From NCBI RefSeq assembly GCF_018350175.1, contig NC_058383.1, forward strand, positions 868,001 to 932,000: 64,000 nt of DNA, read 5' to 3'. The notes under the pieces were generated by a model, which worked only from the letters and a program-made list of their open reading frames with translations, had not been told where the DNA came from and did no database searches. Position numbers and translations under genes: made by a program. Source of the stretch: Felis catus (lineage: Eukaryota). Below are positions 11,701-26,700 of this stretch, piece by piece (within the stretch, counting starts at the first letter, position 1; each line of letters opens with the position of its first letter).

Positions 11701-14700
11701 AGGGGGTTCTGGGGATGGGCGAGCGTCCTGCATTGTCCAGAGGGCCCGAGGTCATCACGAGGGTCCTTGCACGCGGACGACCACGGAGATGCGGGAGCGG
11801 ACCCGCCCTGGCCTTCTCTCCGGCCCCCGGACCCAGGCTGCGGCCCTCCCCTCCGGATCCGCGGGACCGCCAGTCTGTGTCGTCCTGAGGCACCCGAGTT
11901 TGGGCCGGCCGCTGCGGCAGCTTTTGGAAGGGAACGCTGCCCCCTCACGTGCACGCTCCTGCCCCCAGACGCCCCCTTCTCATTCGCTCCTGCCTCACTC
12001 CCGTTGACTTCGCCTGTTCCGAGACCTGAAGACCTGGTCCGGCGCCCTGCTGTGCCTTCCCCGACAGCGCGCGTGCGGACCCTGTGCGGCTCCTTCCTTT
12101 CTGCTGGGTGGGGCCCACCCGGTGCGACCGGGGCTCCGGGTGCCTGCCGTCCTCGGGCGCGTTCCACAGCGGGGCTGCCGGCCGCGGTCAGGGCTTGTGG
12201 GTTCCGGGACGAATCGCCCCACGGTTCCACCTGTTCTGCCCCGGGTGCGTGGGGCTCCCTGGGGCTCACGTCCGGCCACCCACCTGGGCCGTCAGCCCCG
12301 CGCGGGGCCATCTGAGGCTGGTCCAGGACGGGAGGAGGAGGCGGCCGGGCCCGGGGCCGCTCGTGCCGGCCCCTCACCCCACTCAGCACCCCACGGAGCC
12401 CGGAGCCCGACAGCCCTGGCCGCCTCGTGTTTCGGATGCCACCTCCAGGCCCTGACCCCACCGCGCCTCCCCTCTGCGGCCCTGGCAGCCCCCTCCCGGA
12501 CACCACGGAGACGAGGGCTATTTTCTCTGCTCTAGAGACACGTGGCCATAAAAAGGCGGCAGCCTGGCGTCGGGGAGGGGGCAGCTGGTGCCGCTTAGTC
12601 TGTCCCGGGACTGAGTGCCAAACGGGGCCTCTCCCCTCCCCTCCCCCGCCCCCCCCCCCCCCCGACTCAGAGGCTCCTGCATACAGCACCAGCAGGCACC
12701 TCCCCACCACCATGTCCCCAGGCCCACACAGGGCCCTACCTTGAATGTCTGTTGACTAAACGAACACCCACCCAGGGCAAAGCTGCAAATGCACTTGCCT
12801 CCCCGGGTCTTTGTGAGCAAGCGTCCACACCGGGAAGTGCAGAACACAGGTTCTGCCCGGCAGGTGGGGCCCCCACACCTACAAGGACGGTCCCCACCAG
12901 CATCTCCGGCTGCGCCCCCGACACACATGACCCCATTCGGTCCCCAGAAAGCCCTCCGCGCTGTTATCCTCGTGCAGGAGGGGAAACTGAGGCCCAGAGG
13001 CATGGAGCGCTGGCTGACCTTCGGCTCGGGGCTGTGGCTCCCGGCGCAGCAGGACCCCCGCGGCCCGGCCCGCCCGCCCGCCTTGCCCGCCGGGCCCAGC
13101 AGGTGGCAGCAGCGCCCACGACCCACACTCCCGCAGGCCCAGGCCCTGCTGGAAGGGGGGGGGGGCAAGCACGGGCCCCAAACTGCTCTGGCGCCCGGGC
13201 CACGTGGGTCCCGACGGCCAGCCGCCAGGAGGCCTAATTCCAGCAGCGGCAGTATTTTCGGACGGGCGCTGGCCGGGGTCCCCGACTGGCCCCAGCAGCA
13301 GGACGCCTTGGCCCGGAGCCTGAAGCCAGCGGCCGGCCATGTTCACACCCGGCCCTGCCGTGGGGTAGGCCTGCCCAGCCCTGGCCGTGGAAGGACGCCC
13401 GCCCCCCACACCCGGGGCCACACCCCGGGGTTCTAGCCCCCTGCAGACTCCGGGGCTCCGGGGCTCCTGGCCATCGTGTCGCCCGCCTACACAGCCTGGG
13501 GTGTCTCGATGCCCCACCCTTCCCCACACCCCTGCCAGAGGGGTCTCTCCAGGCGGCACGGGGCCCAGGGTGCCCTGCGGACGCGCACCCCCAGAGCTGG
13601 GCTGAGCGGGGAGACTGCTTACTCCCCAGGGCTGACCAGCCCCAGGGCAGAGGCCAGATGGTTCACTCAGCATTTACTAAGCGCCTACTGTGTGCCGGGC
13701 CCCACCACCCCCCGGGAAGCCGGACTGGCCAGCCCACCTCCCGGTTTCACTCGCTGCCTCTCCCCAGAAGCCCCGCATGGAGCGCCAGGAGGACGTGCGG
13801 GGAGAAGGTGCCGGGCCCCCAGGGGACAGCGCTGCTCACCCCCTGGGGCGGCCCGAGCAAACCAGAGGAACGGACCGTCCCCAGGGCGGGCCGGCGCCCG
13901 GGCTGGACGTGCGGGGAGAAGGTGTTGGGCCCCACCTCGGCCGCAGGGGCTGCAGAGCCGCTCGTTGACGCGGACAGGGAACCGCCACGCGCTTCTCACA
14001 CGACGCAGAGAGAACGGAAACCACATTCCCGTGAAAGCCTCAGCACGACGCTCGCGGCGGCTGCAACCGGACACAAGCTGGGGACTCGTCCGCGCGCAAG
14101 ACACTTTTCTGCGCGGGAAGGAGCGCCGGGGACGGGCGCAGCGCGGGCCAGTGTCGGGCGTGTCACGCCACACTCCAGAGGTGCCACGTCACTGGCCCCA
14201 CGTAGTGACTCCGGGGCAGAGCGGGGGCCGGGAGGGGAGGCCGGCGATGGCCCTCAGGGTCCTGGTTGACTGGGAGTGTCCCGTATCTGCCTTTGTCACG
14301 GCTCACAGAACTGTCCCCTTCACGGGCACGGAGCTTATACATGGATTGTATCTTTGGTTTCTTAACTGGAGCCGGGACACGTGGCTTCCCGTGCCCAGAC
14401 CCGGGGCGGCCCTCCCAGGACGGGAGACGCCCGGTGGAGAGGTGTTCTCTGGGCACAGAGACAGGGACCGGGGAGGCACCAGGGAATCGGAGGCCCACGG
14501 CAGCCTCTTCCCGAGAAGGGCCAAGACCTGGTTCCCGGCCTGTAAGTTCTAGACCCTGAGAGGTTGACACAGGGTCCCAGGCCTGGCCTCCCTTTCCCCC
14601 CTCTCCCTGCTGCCCCAGCCAGCCCCCCAGTCTCCCTGCCTGCTCCCGCAGCGCCCCGCTGGGGGACCAGCACAGCCCTCCGCGTGGCCAACTCCACACG

Positions 14701-17700
14701 CCGCACACCCCGATCCCCATGCACAACATACTCCAGGGAGCAGCCAACGGTCCCGAGCCCCGTGGGGGCCCGCTCGCATCCACGTCGGTGTGGGGGTGAG
14801 GGGCCCGTCAGCCTGCCCCCTCCCAGACAGACCCCCCCGAGCACCTTCACTCTACGGGACCCCACCAGCCACCACCCCAGGGATGCCTCAGGCCCACTGG
14901 CTGCCCCGCATGCGACGCTATTTGATGCTTAACAACGACCCCATGCCGAGCACTGTGTCCTCCCCGCTACACAGATGGGGAAACCGAGGCACGGGGGGAT
15001 GGGCTCTGTCACACAGGGAGCCCCTGGGTCATCCTGTGACAGTGAGGACAAAGGCGGGGCAGGGTGCAAACTCGGGACCGGCCCTGCTTTGCACAGACAG
15101 GAGGGGACACAGGGAGATGGGGCGAACCACCCCCCGCCCCCAGCCCCGGCAGGAACGGGGTCCGAAGCCTAGACAGGAAGTGCTGTGTCTGTCGGTGACT
15201 GGGGGCGGCCTGGGCAGCCAGGCCCTCTGGACAACAGGGGGCATTGTCCTCCCAGTGAAAGGCGGCCATTGAGGCCCTGGCTCGAGGCGGGGCACAGGGT
15301 GGGGAGGCAGCCGTCACCAGGGTCACCCCTGCGAGCTGGGGTGGGGCAGGTGGAGACACCCTATCTCTACACACCCGCGACCTTGCCCCAAGGGCGGGGA
15401 GCGCCAGCCTGGTGCCTGTCCGTCCAGGGTCCATCCGGAGCCCGGGCCGTGTGGCCGCCCCTCGCCCCTTGCTCCCAGGCACCAGGCAGTGCCTGGCCTG
15501 CGCGTGACCCGGCGGGAGCCCGGGGCCCACTCCACACCTGGCGACCACAGGGCACTATGAACTACCCCGTTCTCGGCGGCCCCGCCGAGTCCCCACAGCC
15601 CTACGATGCCTGAAGGCGCCACCAGCTTCTCGGTCTTCCCTGCAGGCCATGACCTTGACATCTTCGAAGAGTGCTGGTCAGCTCTTTGGGTCATGGCCCC
15701 TCACGCAGGTCTGTCTGGGGTCTCCCTGAGGCAGAGCAGAGGCTTTACGTCTTTGGCCAGAAGGCCACGGAAGCCACGCTGCCCGTGCACCAGGGCCCCG
15801 TCCAGCCTGGTTGCCGTGGGTTAGGCGGGTCCAGCAGCTCCTCTGCCAGTGACACCCTTTCCCTCCGTCCTAATCCGAGTCCACTGGAAGACGCTGGGGG
15901 GACGTGCCAACCCCGCCCCTCCTCCAGCCCCCGCGGGTTTCAGCCCCGCCGTGGGCCCGTCCACACCTGCTCTGCCGGGAGTCCGCCCGGGGCCCGGCCC
16001 TCCCTCCCTGGCCCGTCCCTCCGTGGGCTCACGGGCGTCGCTTCCCCTGTGGCACCTTTGGCGCCCACGTCCCCTCACCGAGCCCTTCCTCCCGGGGCCA
16101 CGTGTGGTGGTCACCAGCCGGTCCCACCGCCTACTGGGGACGCAGGCTCCCACCACGGCCCCTCCGAGCTGCAGGGAGGCCACGGCTTTGCCTCTGCTGT
16201 GCCCCGGCCTCACCGGGCCCCCGGGGCTGGAGGCCTCCCCGAGCCCCACGTCTCCCTTCCTCCCCCTCCGAGGGGCCCGGCTAAACTGCTGGCCAGTGGG
16301 TGTGTCAGCCCCTGGGCCCGAGAAAGTGCTCTTGTGGCAGGAAGTGCTCCCGGGAATCCCCTGGTGCTCCTCCCAGGACTGGGGGAGGGGCGCCCGACAA
16401 GGAACCACAGGGCCGGGACTCCTCAGTGGTTGCCGGCCCCCCAGGTGCCCCTGCCCTACCCCCTGGACGCCGGCCTGGGGTGGGGGGGCCGCTCCCTCCG
16501 TCTCAGCAGAGCGCTGCGCGGGCTTGGGGTCTAGGGCACCCGGCCAGCCGGGCACCGGAAGCTGCGGGGCCTGGTGCCCCTGGAGGCCCCCGCCTGGGAG
16601 ACCCAGGAAGGCACGTGTGGGGCCATGGTTCCGGCTCCTCTGGGTCCCCAGGCTTGTGGGGGTCGGTCCCCGAGGCCGACCTCTGAGGCCCGTGCACCAG
16701 CACCTCCCACGTGACTTGGAGCGTGGCCTTGCCCCCAGGGGGGGCCCGGTGAGGACCCGGGCGGGGGCTGCACTCGGCCTGCCTGGGCCCTGGAATCGGG
16801 ACGCCAGCGCCCTCCGCCAGCCCCGCGGGGTCCGGTGGAGAGGCGACCGTCTGCACGGCTGTGGCCTTGTGGGGCCACGGGCTCGGGGCCGCTGGTGTGT
16901 CCCTCCTGAGGACCCCCCCCCCCCCCGCTCCTGGCCTGTCTCACACACGCACGAGATGCTGGGGACGCTTCCCGAGGGGAACAGTGGTGGCAGCAGCTTG
17001 GGGGAACGGGTTCTAACGGGCAGAGAGGACTCCCGGCTGGCCCCGCGGCCATGGTGGGAGGCACAGGGGGGACCTGGCCCTCGTGGACCTCAGCGCCTGG
17101 GATGGACCCACGCACTCCGGCCGTGGACCGGTCTGGTGCCCACACCCCTCACCTCCGGAACCCAGCAGGGCCGCTCCCATCACCCCTGCCCCATCTTCTG
17201 GCCCCGGCCCCACCCAGGCCGAGTCCGTCACTCCCCTCCCACCAGCACCTGGTCACCCTTCGGGTGCCCGCCGCGGCCCCGAGGCGCCAGCCCCATCGGA
17301 GCTGTGCTGTGGGTGACCATGGGGTCTGAGCACCGGGCCGCCCAGCTCAGTGTCAGGAGGACCAGACACGGGCCAGACCAGCTAGGCCTGCCAGCGCCTC
17401 GGACAGGGAGGAGAGACACAGAGACAGGCAGGGACAGAGAGATAAGGACAGAGAGAGAGACACAGAGGGACACGCGCGCTCTTACCTGCGGAGTACGGCT
17501 CCTGCTTCTCCGGGTGGGTGAACTCCAGCCGTTCGTACTTGGCCCGGATCCACTGCTCCCGCAGGAGCCTGGGGAGGGAGGGCAGAGTGAGCCCCGGGCC
17601 GAGCGGGCCCACGGGGCGTGGGGGCTCCTGGCACCCCACGGACACGCGGCCACTGAGAGCGCGCGTGTCCACCGCCTGCAGACAGCAGGGCCGAAGGGCC

Positions 17701-20700
17701 ACCCGCTTTGATTTTTAAAATAATTTGCTGATCAGACAGGTCTGCCACTAACACCTCCTCCTAAGAAAAAAAGAAATACGGGGCGCCTGGGTGGCGCAGT
17801 CGGTTAAGCGTCCGACTTCAGCCAGGTCACGATTTCGCGGTCCGTGAGTTCGAGCCCCGCGTCAGGCTCTGGGCTGATGGCTCAGAGCCTGGAGCCTGCT
17901 TCCGATTCTGTGTCTCCCTCTCTCTCTGCCCCTCCCCCGTTCATGCTCTGTCTCTCTCTGTCCCAAAAATAAATAAACGTTGAAAAAAAATTTAAAAAAA
18001 AAAAGAAAAGAAAAGAAATGGCCCTCGGGGGCGCCTGGCTGGCTCGGCCGGAGGAGCCTGCGACTCTTGATCTCGGGGTTGGGAGTTCAAGGCCCCGCAC
18101 TGAGGGCAGAGATTACAAAAAAAAAAAAAAAAAAACCTAAAAAATTGGCTCTGATTCACGTGGCCATAACGCGACCACCGAAAGCGCTGACTCTGGCAGC
18201 TCACGGCGCCTTCCCAAGGTTATGCCGTCGTCACCCCAAAGAGGACCCCCGTGCCCACCAGCGCCCCCCCCAGCCCCCAACCACAGTCCACTTCCGCACG
18301 GAATCGGGCGGGTACGAGGCTGTCTGGGTCAGCCCCACTGGGGCGTCATTCCTTTCCGTCCACCGGCCCTCGAGGCGCACCCCCGCCCACCGCCCCCCGG
18401 GAGGGCTGCCCCAGAGGCGGCAGAGGGCCGTCTGCCCCGAGCGCCCGCTCATGCCCGTGGTGGGTCCTGCCAGACGGCCCGGCGCCCACGGTCCTCGCCC
18501 CTCCACCGGGCGAGGCAGCGGCTTCCTCGCCCTCCTCGCCCTGCGGCCCCTGGGGCCCGATCCCCCTCGGAAGGGGCCATCCGACGACACGTCTGGAACC
18601 CCGGCACGGCCCTCGGGCTCGGAGGCCCTTCCTGCCGCATGCGGGGGCCTCCCCGGGCCCGGCACCGAGGCTCCCGGCGGCAACAACGGGACTAAGCCCT
18701 GGGAGCAGACACGGGAGGGGGTCCCCACGCTGCTTGGCAGGCGCATCCCGGACCGCTCGGCCCCCGGGGACCCCACGGCCAGGGTGTCGCGGCAGGGGGC
18801 CCCGCCCTCCGGAGGCCATCTGGCCCGGCCTCCCGCACCAGGGAAAGCCGGCAGCGACGGGGTTCCCGCTACACGTGAGGCCCGGCGACGAGGGAGGCAG
18901 CGCCCACACCCCGTCTCGGGCCGCTGATGAAACCCCAGACCTGCTCTGCGTTCTCGGGAGCTGAGGGCGGCCAGGCTTCGCCCCCCCACCCCGCCTGCCG
19001 CGTGCCCTCCGCCCTCCCCACAGCAGACCCAGACCTCCTGTCGTTTCATCCGCCTGGTTTCAGAGGCCGTTAAGGGATGAACTGTGTCCCCCACCCATGA
19101 AAAGACGTTGGGTCCTAACCGACACTGCAGACTGGCCCCCGTTTGGACGGATTAACGGGTTATGATGAGGTCGCCCTGGAGTCGGGGCGCCCTCGGGGTG
19201 GGGGGAGTCTGCAGAGACACAGGATGGCCACATACAAGCCGAGGAGGGGGCTCAGGGGACCCCACACGCACCTCGACCCCGACCTCCAGGATGTGGGAAC
19301 AGTGAATTTCTGTTGCAAAAGCTGAGCACCCGGTGTTTCGTCACCCTGGCCCCCGGAAGCCAGCACGGGGCCCCTGCCAGCCAGGCACCCTGCCCGCTGA
19401 GGGCTCGGGGGGCTCCTCCAGGTTCCGCCGAGGCTGCCTGCTGAGCCCACGTCACAGGAAGCCAGGGGCTGGCTGACAGCAGAGGGAAAACCGGGAGGGC
19501 CCTGGTGACTTTCTTCCCGCCGTGTGAGGACCGAATGCCAGGCCAGCGGGGCAGACACGGGAAGGGAACTGGGTCCCGCCCCCCTCTGAGTCACCGCCTG
19601 ACACTAACACGGCCTGATCCCCAGGCCTTCTGAGCACCGCTCCTCATGGGCACAGGGACACACACCACCCCCCCCAGGCCATCCTCACGACACGTGGGAG
19701 GCTCCCTGGCTCCGCAGTGTGCACATCTGAATCCCCACGGTTTGTTTACAAAGGGATTCCACCACACCTCCTACCGCTGCACGGCTGTCCACAGGGAGCT
19801 TGGTGGGTCGGCTGCCACACCTCCCTGGTCAGCTTTCCCCATGAGGGGCTGGGACCTCACCCCTACAGATGTCTGCACCCTCCTGGGCCTCTGGGGCTTG
19901 GCCTGGGCAGACCTGAACACCCACGGAGTGTGGGTGCCGTGGCAGGCTCGGCTCCCACAAACCTCCACCTGGCGGAAGCTTCTGGAAGGCAAGGCCTGCC
20001 CCGGGTCAGCACGCTCACCACCCTGGGACGCCCAGCCACCTGATGGGTCCTGACCACACTGCCCCGGCAAGGGGCAGGGATGGTCTCTGTGAGCATGTCC
20101 TGGCAAGGGCGTGGCCTGTGTTCCAGTCTGTCCCTTGTCATACACTCAGACAGAAGGGACACATGGGGACACATGCAAATAACCAGACCACAGGGCAGCC
20201 TGTGGCCGGGGCAATAAAATCACATCTCACAAATAGCTGTCCGGCCTCGCTGATTCATACTGGGACGTGAATGGCCTGGCGTGGCCTCAGGGTCCAGATT
20301 TCCCCGGGAGCCCAGAAGCAGTGGGGTCTCAGGATGTGACACGGTGTCTGCATGGGGGTGGGTCCCTGGCAAGGCGTCCTGTCCCCAGAGACCCGCAGCC
20401 AACAGCATATCACCGGCCCGGGAGGTGGGTGGGTCAGGTCCCCACCTTCCTTTCCAAGAAAGGGCAGCTCACCCCCAGGCAAGTGGCCACGAGGTCTCCC
20501 ACCTGCCCCCATGGGAACAGGGCTCCCCAGCATAGAGACCACGTCCCAAGTACTGGTTCCAGCTCGTCTGCTGGCATCTGTGTTACCCTGAGAAACTCAC
20601 CCAACCCCTCCGGGCCCCCAGGAACACCCTTGTCAAAAGAGGGCCATTCGTTCTGAGCTGTGGCTGCCACCGTGGAAGAGGAGAGGCGGTCGGCGGGTGG

Positions 20701-23700
20701 CGGGTCTGGGTGACAGGCCTGTGCTGGGAGCAGACGGCCGAGGCGTCCCGGGCGGCGATGCCCAGGGAGGGAGGGAATACAGGGAGGTGTAGCGATGCCG
20801 GGGGAGGGGATGACTGGCTTGGGTGGGGGGACGGGGGGACAGGGGGACACCCTCAGACAGGCGGCCGCAGAGGTGCACTTTTCAGCATCCTCCTCAGACC
20901 TCCGGGGAGCGCTCGAGGGCCCCCAGCAAGGACCCCACCGCCCAGCCACCGGCCCGGGCCTGCACCCGCCCCACTCCGGTCTTCCAGCCCCAGACAAAAC
21001 CGCTCGGCGACTTACTGACAGTCAGAGGACGTGGGCCGGTAGTAGAAGGGAGGCACTTTGGACTCATACGCGTCTCTCGCAGCATCATTTCCATGGGAGG
21101 CCATGAACTGCGGAGAGAGGACAGGGTCAGTGCTCCCGGAGGCCGGGGCCGGGCCGGCTGACCCCCAGCCGCTCCTGTCCCAGCGAAGGTGTTCGCAGTG
21201 GCCGCAGGGACGGGACCTGCACTTCCGGGTAGAAGGGGTGCTGGGGAGGGTGGCAGAGAGGCTGGGCCCTGCATACATCCCCCGGGACGGCAGCGCTGTG
21301 CCCTCCGCCCAAGGTGCCCCGTCCCTGCCTCACGCGAGGCCCGCCGTCCACTCATCTGACCCACACGGGCAGGCGGCCCTCGAGAACTGGACACAGCGAG
21401 GGCCCCAGAGATGGAGACTGGCCCGGGGCAGCAAAGTGCGTGTCCCCGAGGTGGACGGACAGCAGGAGTCAGGAGTGGGGAGCAGGGCACTTACACGGGC
21501 AGTGTGGGTGGGCAGTAGGTGCAAAGGCCCTGAGGAGGGTGCTTGGTGTGCTGGTGTTGGATGACATCCCAGGGCCGGTGTGGGGAGCAGGGAAGGGGCC
21601 AGAGGGGCCTGACCGCACTGTGGCCTTGAGGACAAGGGGAGCAAAGGAAATCCCTTGTGTTCCAATCCTGCCTCCTTCCCGAAGCCTCCAGGGAAAGCCT
21701 TTCTTCTAACAGCATGGAGCTTTGGGGACCGCCGGGTCATGACCACGGACGACCCAAGTGGGTCAACTGGAAAATACCACCAACAGTAAGACACTTGAGC
21801 AAAAGGCTGGAACCAAATTAGAATTCTGAAATCAGAATTCTATGTATCTGAAACCTCAGCCAAGAAGCAGCCTCACAAGAAATGCTCAAAGTCTCCACAA
21901 GACAAAACTTACACGCTCCTGAGGGATGAGCACAAAACTCTGCACAGAGACCCGTGCCTGGAAGGGGTGGGAACATGCTGCCTCCTTATGTTAATCTATG
22001 CGCTTTTGGAAGTTGTCAAAAACAAAAACAAAACGGGAATAGCAGTTTTTAAAGCTAGCAATGGTTCTAAAGTTCATTTTAAAGTTAACAAGCAGGGTAG
22101 GGGCGCCTGGGTGGCTCAGTCAGTTAAGCATCCAACTCAGCTCAGCTCATGATCTCACGGTTCGTGGATTCAACCCCCTCGTCGGGCTCTGTGCTGCCAG
22201 CTCAGAGCCTGGAGCCTGCTTCGGATTCTGTGTCTCCCTCTCTCTCTGCCCCTCCCTGGCTCATGCTCGCTCACTCTCTCTCTGTCTCTCTCAAAACATA
22301 AACTTTAAAAAAATTTTTTTTTAAATACAATTAACAAGAAAAAATATTCTAGAAAATTCTGTAAATGAAGACTCTTCCTACCAGATATTAAAACCTGTTA
22401 CTGACTAGAAAGCCTAATCAATGAAACCAAGAAAAGATCCAGAAATCGATCCGCTAGAATCTAATACTGATATTAAGTGGATTTAATAGGATTAACGCCC
22501 ATCTCACATCAGCGAGGGGTGCCCACCGGCTGATCATCAGTGGGGGCAGGAAACGCGGAAACCACTGGAGAAAAAGTATGGCTGGACGCAGCCTTTCAGT
22601 GACATAACTTCCAGCTGAATTGAAGCTGTGATTTCCAAAATTAAACAGTAAAAATAGTAGATAAGAACCGTGGTATAATTTTAAAAATCATGTTAGGAAA
22701 ACACAGGAGGAAATCTCCCATTAATGTCTCCCGTTAAGACGTGGTTTCCCAGATGTCTCTCCAGAAGCACAAACAACCAGAGACAACAGTGGAACTTCAG
22801 AATTAAAAACTGTGCTCCAAAGGACGCCATCGAGAGAGTGCAAGCATCGTGCTAAATGACAGCAGCCGGGCGAGAAGGGCACAGCGCGTGGCCGCGGGGC
22901 CGGTGGCCCTGGGTCCTTGGACATGACGGGAATACTTGGAAACAGACAACGTGACCGTGGCAGACGCCATCACACTGTTCCCTTTAAGATGGCGGGTTTG
23001 GGGGCGCTGGGGCGGCTCAGTCACGTGTCAGACTCTTCATTTTGACTCGGGTTATGATCTCACAGTTCATGAGTTCGAGCCTCGCGTCGGGCTCTGTGCT
23101 GACAGCGTGGAGTCTGCTGGGGATTCTCTCTCTCCCTGCCCCTCCCCCATTCGTGCTCGTGCTCTCTTTCTCTCTCTCAAAATAAATAAATGAACGTAAA
23201 AAAATAAAATAAAATGGTGGGTTTTCTGTTATGTGGTTTTCACCTCAGTAATAAAAAATATATACGTATATAGCTCTTCAAGAATATACATTTCTTTTTT
23301 TTTTTTTTTAACGTTTATTCATTTTTGAGAGAGAAAGAGAGACAGTGTGAGAAGGGTAGAGTCAGAGAGAAAGGGAGACACAGAATCCGAAGCGGCCTCC
23401 AGGCCCTGAGCTGCACCGAGCCCAACGCGGGGCTCGAACCCGTGGACCGTGAGATCATGACCTGAGCCGAAGTCGGACGCTTAGCGAACTGAGCCAGCCA
23501 GACACCCAAAAAATTGGTAAAGGATTTGCGTGGACGTCTCTGTGGAGCACGTACGCAGACAAGCCGGCCGGCGTACGCGGAGATGCTGACCGCCTGGCAC
23601 CCACGAGGGCGTCTAGAATCAGAGGCAGGTGGTACGATGCGTTGGGGGCCCGGGGACCACTGTGCACTGCCAGGGGCCACGTGCACCTGTCCTGGACCCC

Positions 23701-26700
23701 TTGGGAGGCCCCCAGGTGTCAAACAGAGCCCCGTAAGGCACAGTGAGGCCAGGCCATTCCCGGAGGAAGGCGACCCCTGCCCCTGACTGTTCGCAGCAGC
23801 ACTTCCTGTGGGAGCCGAGGGAGTCACGCAGCCCAAGAGTCACTGATGGACGGGCGAGGGCGTAAGTCGAATGTGGCCTGTCCACACAGCAGGAAGCAGT
23901 CCACGATAAAGGGGCCGATGCCTAAGGCCACATGGCTGAACCCTGAACACACGGTGCTCTGCGGGGGAAGGAAGTCACAGAGGCCACGGGGGGGGGGGGG
24001 TCCACTGACATGACCCGCCCAGAAGACGTATCGGGACAGAAAAGCAGATGTTACTTCCAGTAGAGGCTGGGGGGGGGGGGGGGGCGGTCGTGGAGGGAAG
24101 GGGGAGGGGCTGCTGAGGGGCACAGGGTTTATTTTGGGAAAATGTTCCAAAATCAGTCAGTGGGGCCGGTTGCGCAGCCGGAAACGCGGTGAAATCGCGT
24201 CGGTTCACACCTCACAAGGGCGAGTGGCCTGGCGTGAGAGCGGCGTCTCAGTAACGCCCTTGTGAGTCAAAAGAAGCCTGGGGCAGAGCGGGCCCCTCTA
24301 GGTACCCAGAGACCCGAAAACCACAAAACGCTGATAATTTTGACTCCACCAAAGTAAAAAAGTTTCCACTGCACACAGCACGAGCAGAGTCAAAAGGCAG
24401 CGCGAACCGGAGGGCCATACGGTCTCGAAGGGTCAGACCCCCAAACGTGGAAGAACACGAGAAAACGAAACAGCTAACAAGGTGTCAGCCAGGGCGCCAA
24501 CGGGAGGCCACGGATGAGACGCAGAGGACGCCAACCCGCGCCACGGACGCTCAGCGTCACTCATGATACAAAATGCCATAGGGGCGCCTGGGCGGCTCGG
24601 TCGGTTAAGCGGCCGACTTCGGCTCAGCTCGTGATCCCGCGGTCCGTGGGTTCGAGCCCCGCGTCGGGCTCTGTGCCGACGGCTCAGAGCCTGGAGCCTG
24701 TTTCGGATCCTGTGTCTCCCGCTCTCTGACCCTCCCCCGTTCGTGCTCTCTGTCTCAAAAATAAATAAACGTTTAAAAAAAAAAAAAAGGAAAGCAAGGA
24801 TCCCGCAGGGACACAGCAGAGGAGGATCCCGGGGCCAGGGTGTGCGGGTGATGCGAGGTCTCCCGGAATCACAGTCACGTGACCTCCCACGTGCAGGAAT
24901 TAAGGTTCCAGGACCCGCCACGGGTCCCGCGGTGGCCTGGCGGTCACAGGGGGTGGGGAAAGGCAGAGCCGGCGCGTCTGTCCAGGGGCCTGGTTCCATG
25001 AACCACGATTCTCCACCGGAGGGGTGACTCCGCCCCGGCGGGCAGGACGGGGGCCATGCTCGGTCACAACGCTCCTTGTGGGCACAGGGCTCGGTACCAA
25101 ACCACGGCGCCCCAGGTGCTCGTGGGCAGGTGGACGGGCAGACAGGACGAGGCCGGTCAACGCAGTGGACATCGTCCCCCACAGAAAGGCCGAAGCCCTG
25201 ACAGGCGCTACCAGGCGGGCGGAGCCTGGCCACGTGGCACTCAGTGAAAGTGGCTGAGGCCAAGGCCACCTGCTGCCTGCGCCCTTTCACAAAAATGCCC
25301 ACGACAGCCACGTCTGTGGAGACGCAGAGCCTACGGACACTGCTCGGCCTGGACCGGACGGCAAGGAGCACGGGTTCCCTTGTCGGGCGTGAGATGCCCT
25401 AAAAGTGACTTCGGCGACAGTGGCCTGACCGTGGACACACCGGAAACGGCTGAGCTGTGTGCTTCGAAAGGGCGAACCGGGGGGCGGACAGCACAGGACA
25501 CGAAGGCCTTGCTTACCCCATAAGCCCATCCCCCTGCCTCGCCCACCCCTCCCTGCCCCCAGCCCCCTGGGCTCCCCGCACCACCGCCCTGCCCTCTGCC
25601 CTCACCCCTCTTCCCCTCCCCCCACCACACTCCTCAATCCCCCCGCCCCCCACCGCTCCCCCCTCACAGTGCCGGCCACAGCCAGGAGCCGGGAACACCG
25701 GGGGTGGCCACTTCGAGGTGTCTGTGACGCAGGGGGCCGGGCCGACGGCCCCGTGGGGGGTGCGGCCGGACCACAGGGGCTCCTCCAACCCCCCGCAGCC
25801 CCATCCCCTCGGGGCCGTACCTCCACTTGGGCCTCCTCCCAGGCATCCAGGCGGACTGACTTCACCTTGCTGACCTGGGGGATGTTCCGGTGGATTCCCG
25901 AGCAGCTCAGGCAGATGAACACCCCCAGGGTGTAGGAGGCCCAGTCGGGATCTGGAAGGCAAAGGCGAGACCCTCAGGGGCTGGAGCTCGGCCGGGCCTC
26001 TCTGTGGCCTCAGTCTCTCCACCTGTGCGACGGGAAATCGGCGAGGAGATCCCCAGGGCGCACCGGCTCTGTGCCCCGCGCGGGGTCCCTGCCACCAGCC
26101 ACAGGTGAGCGGCCCCACCCCCGAAGTCCCAGCTCCACAGACGCCCGAGCGGACGCGCCGTGGCCACAGAGACGTGCTCGACAGCGACACTCAATCGGCA
26201 CCAAGTGCGCCGGGCGCGACGGGGACGCTGGCTTGGCCACGCGCCCACGCGCTCGAACGCACCCCGACGTCTCGCTCGGTGCAACAGCCACGTGCGTATG
26301 CGGATGGCCCTTGACCCGGTCAGGGGCGCGGGTCCACTTTTCCGCAGCTTTGCCAGGTTTCGCGTTGAGCCACGGGAGGCGAGCGTGGCGGAACGTGACG
26401 CTTGTTCACTCGGGGCACCGACGGCGCCTCCAGGATTGTCCTTCCTGTTGCGCACACCCCAGCCTGGTAACGGCGCGCGGGGCCGGGGGCTGGAAGGACC
26501 GAGCCTCAGAGCCAGCTCTCAGAAGGGGCGGCAGCCTCTGAGACACCTTCCACTTTTAAGTGAAGCTTCTGGATCAGCCGGTTCCAGTCAAGAGGCCAGG
26601 AGGGCCAGAGCCCCTCCGCAGACACCACAGGCCCAGCCACAGGCCCATGGTTCTGTGCCAGGGGTGCGTTTGCAGGGGGCGTGCGTGTGCGAGTGTGTGA

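Noticed and set aside
13791..13933. Repeated ggacgtgcggggagaaggtg motif as a CRISPR-like or structured array
   Set aside because: Only two copies ~114 bp apart in mammalian DNA; a local duplication, not an array.
15849..17711. 620-aa plus-strand ORF antisense to ADAP1 exon 4
   Set aside because: Non-ATG start, Pro/Gly/Arg low-complexity composition, no recognisable domain; long stop-free frames are expected in such GC-rich DNA.
17780..17865. tRNA-like A/B-box sequence as a tRNA gene
   Set aside because: It is the head of a CAN-SINE, followed by the SINE body and A-rich tail.
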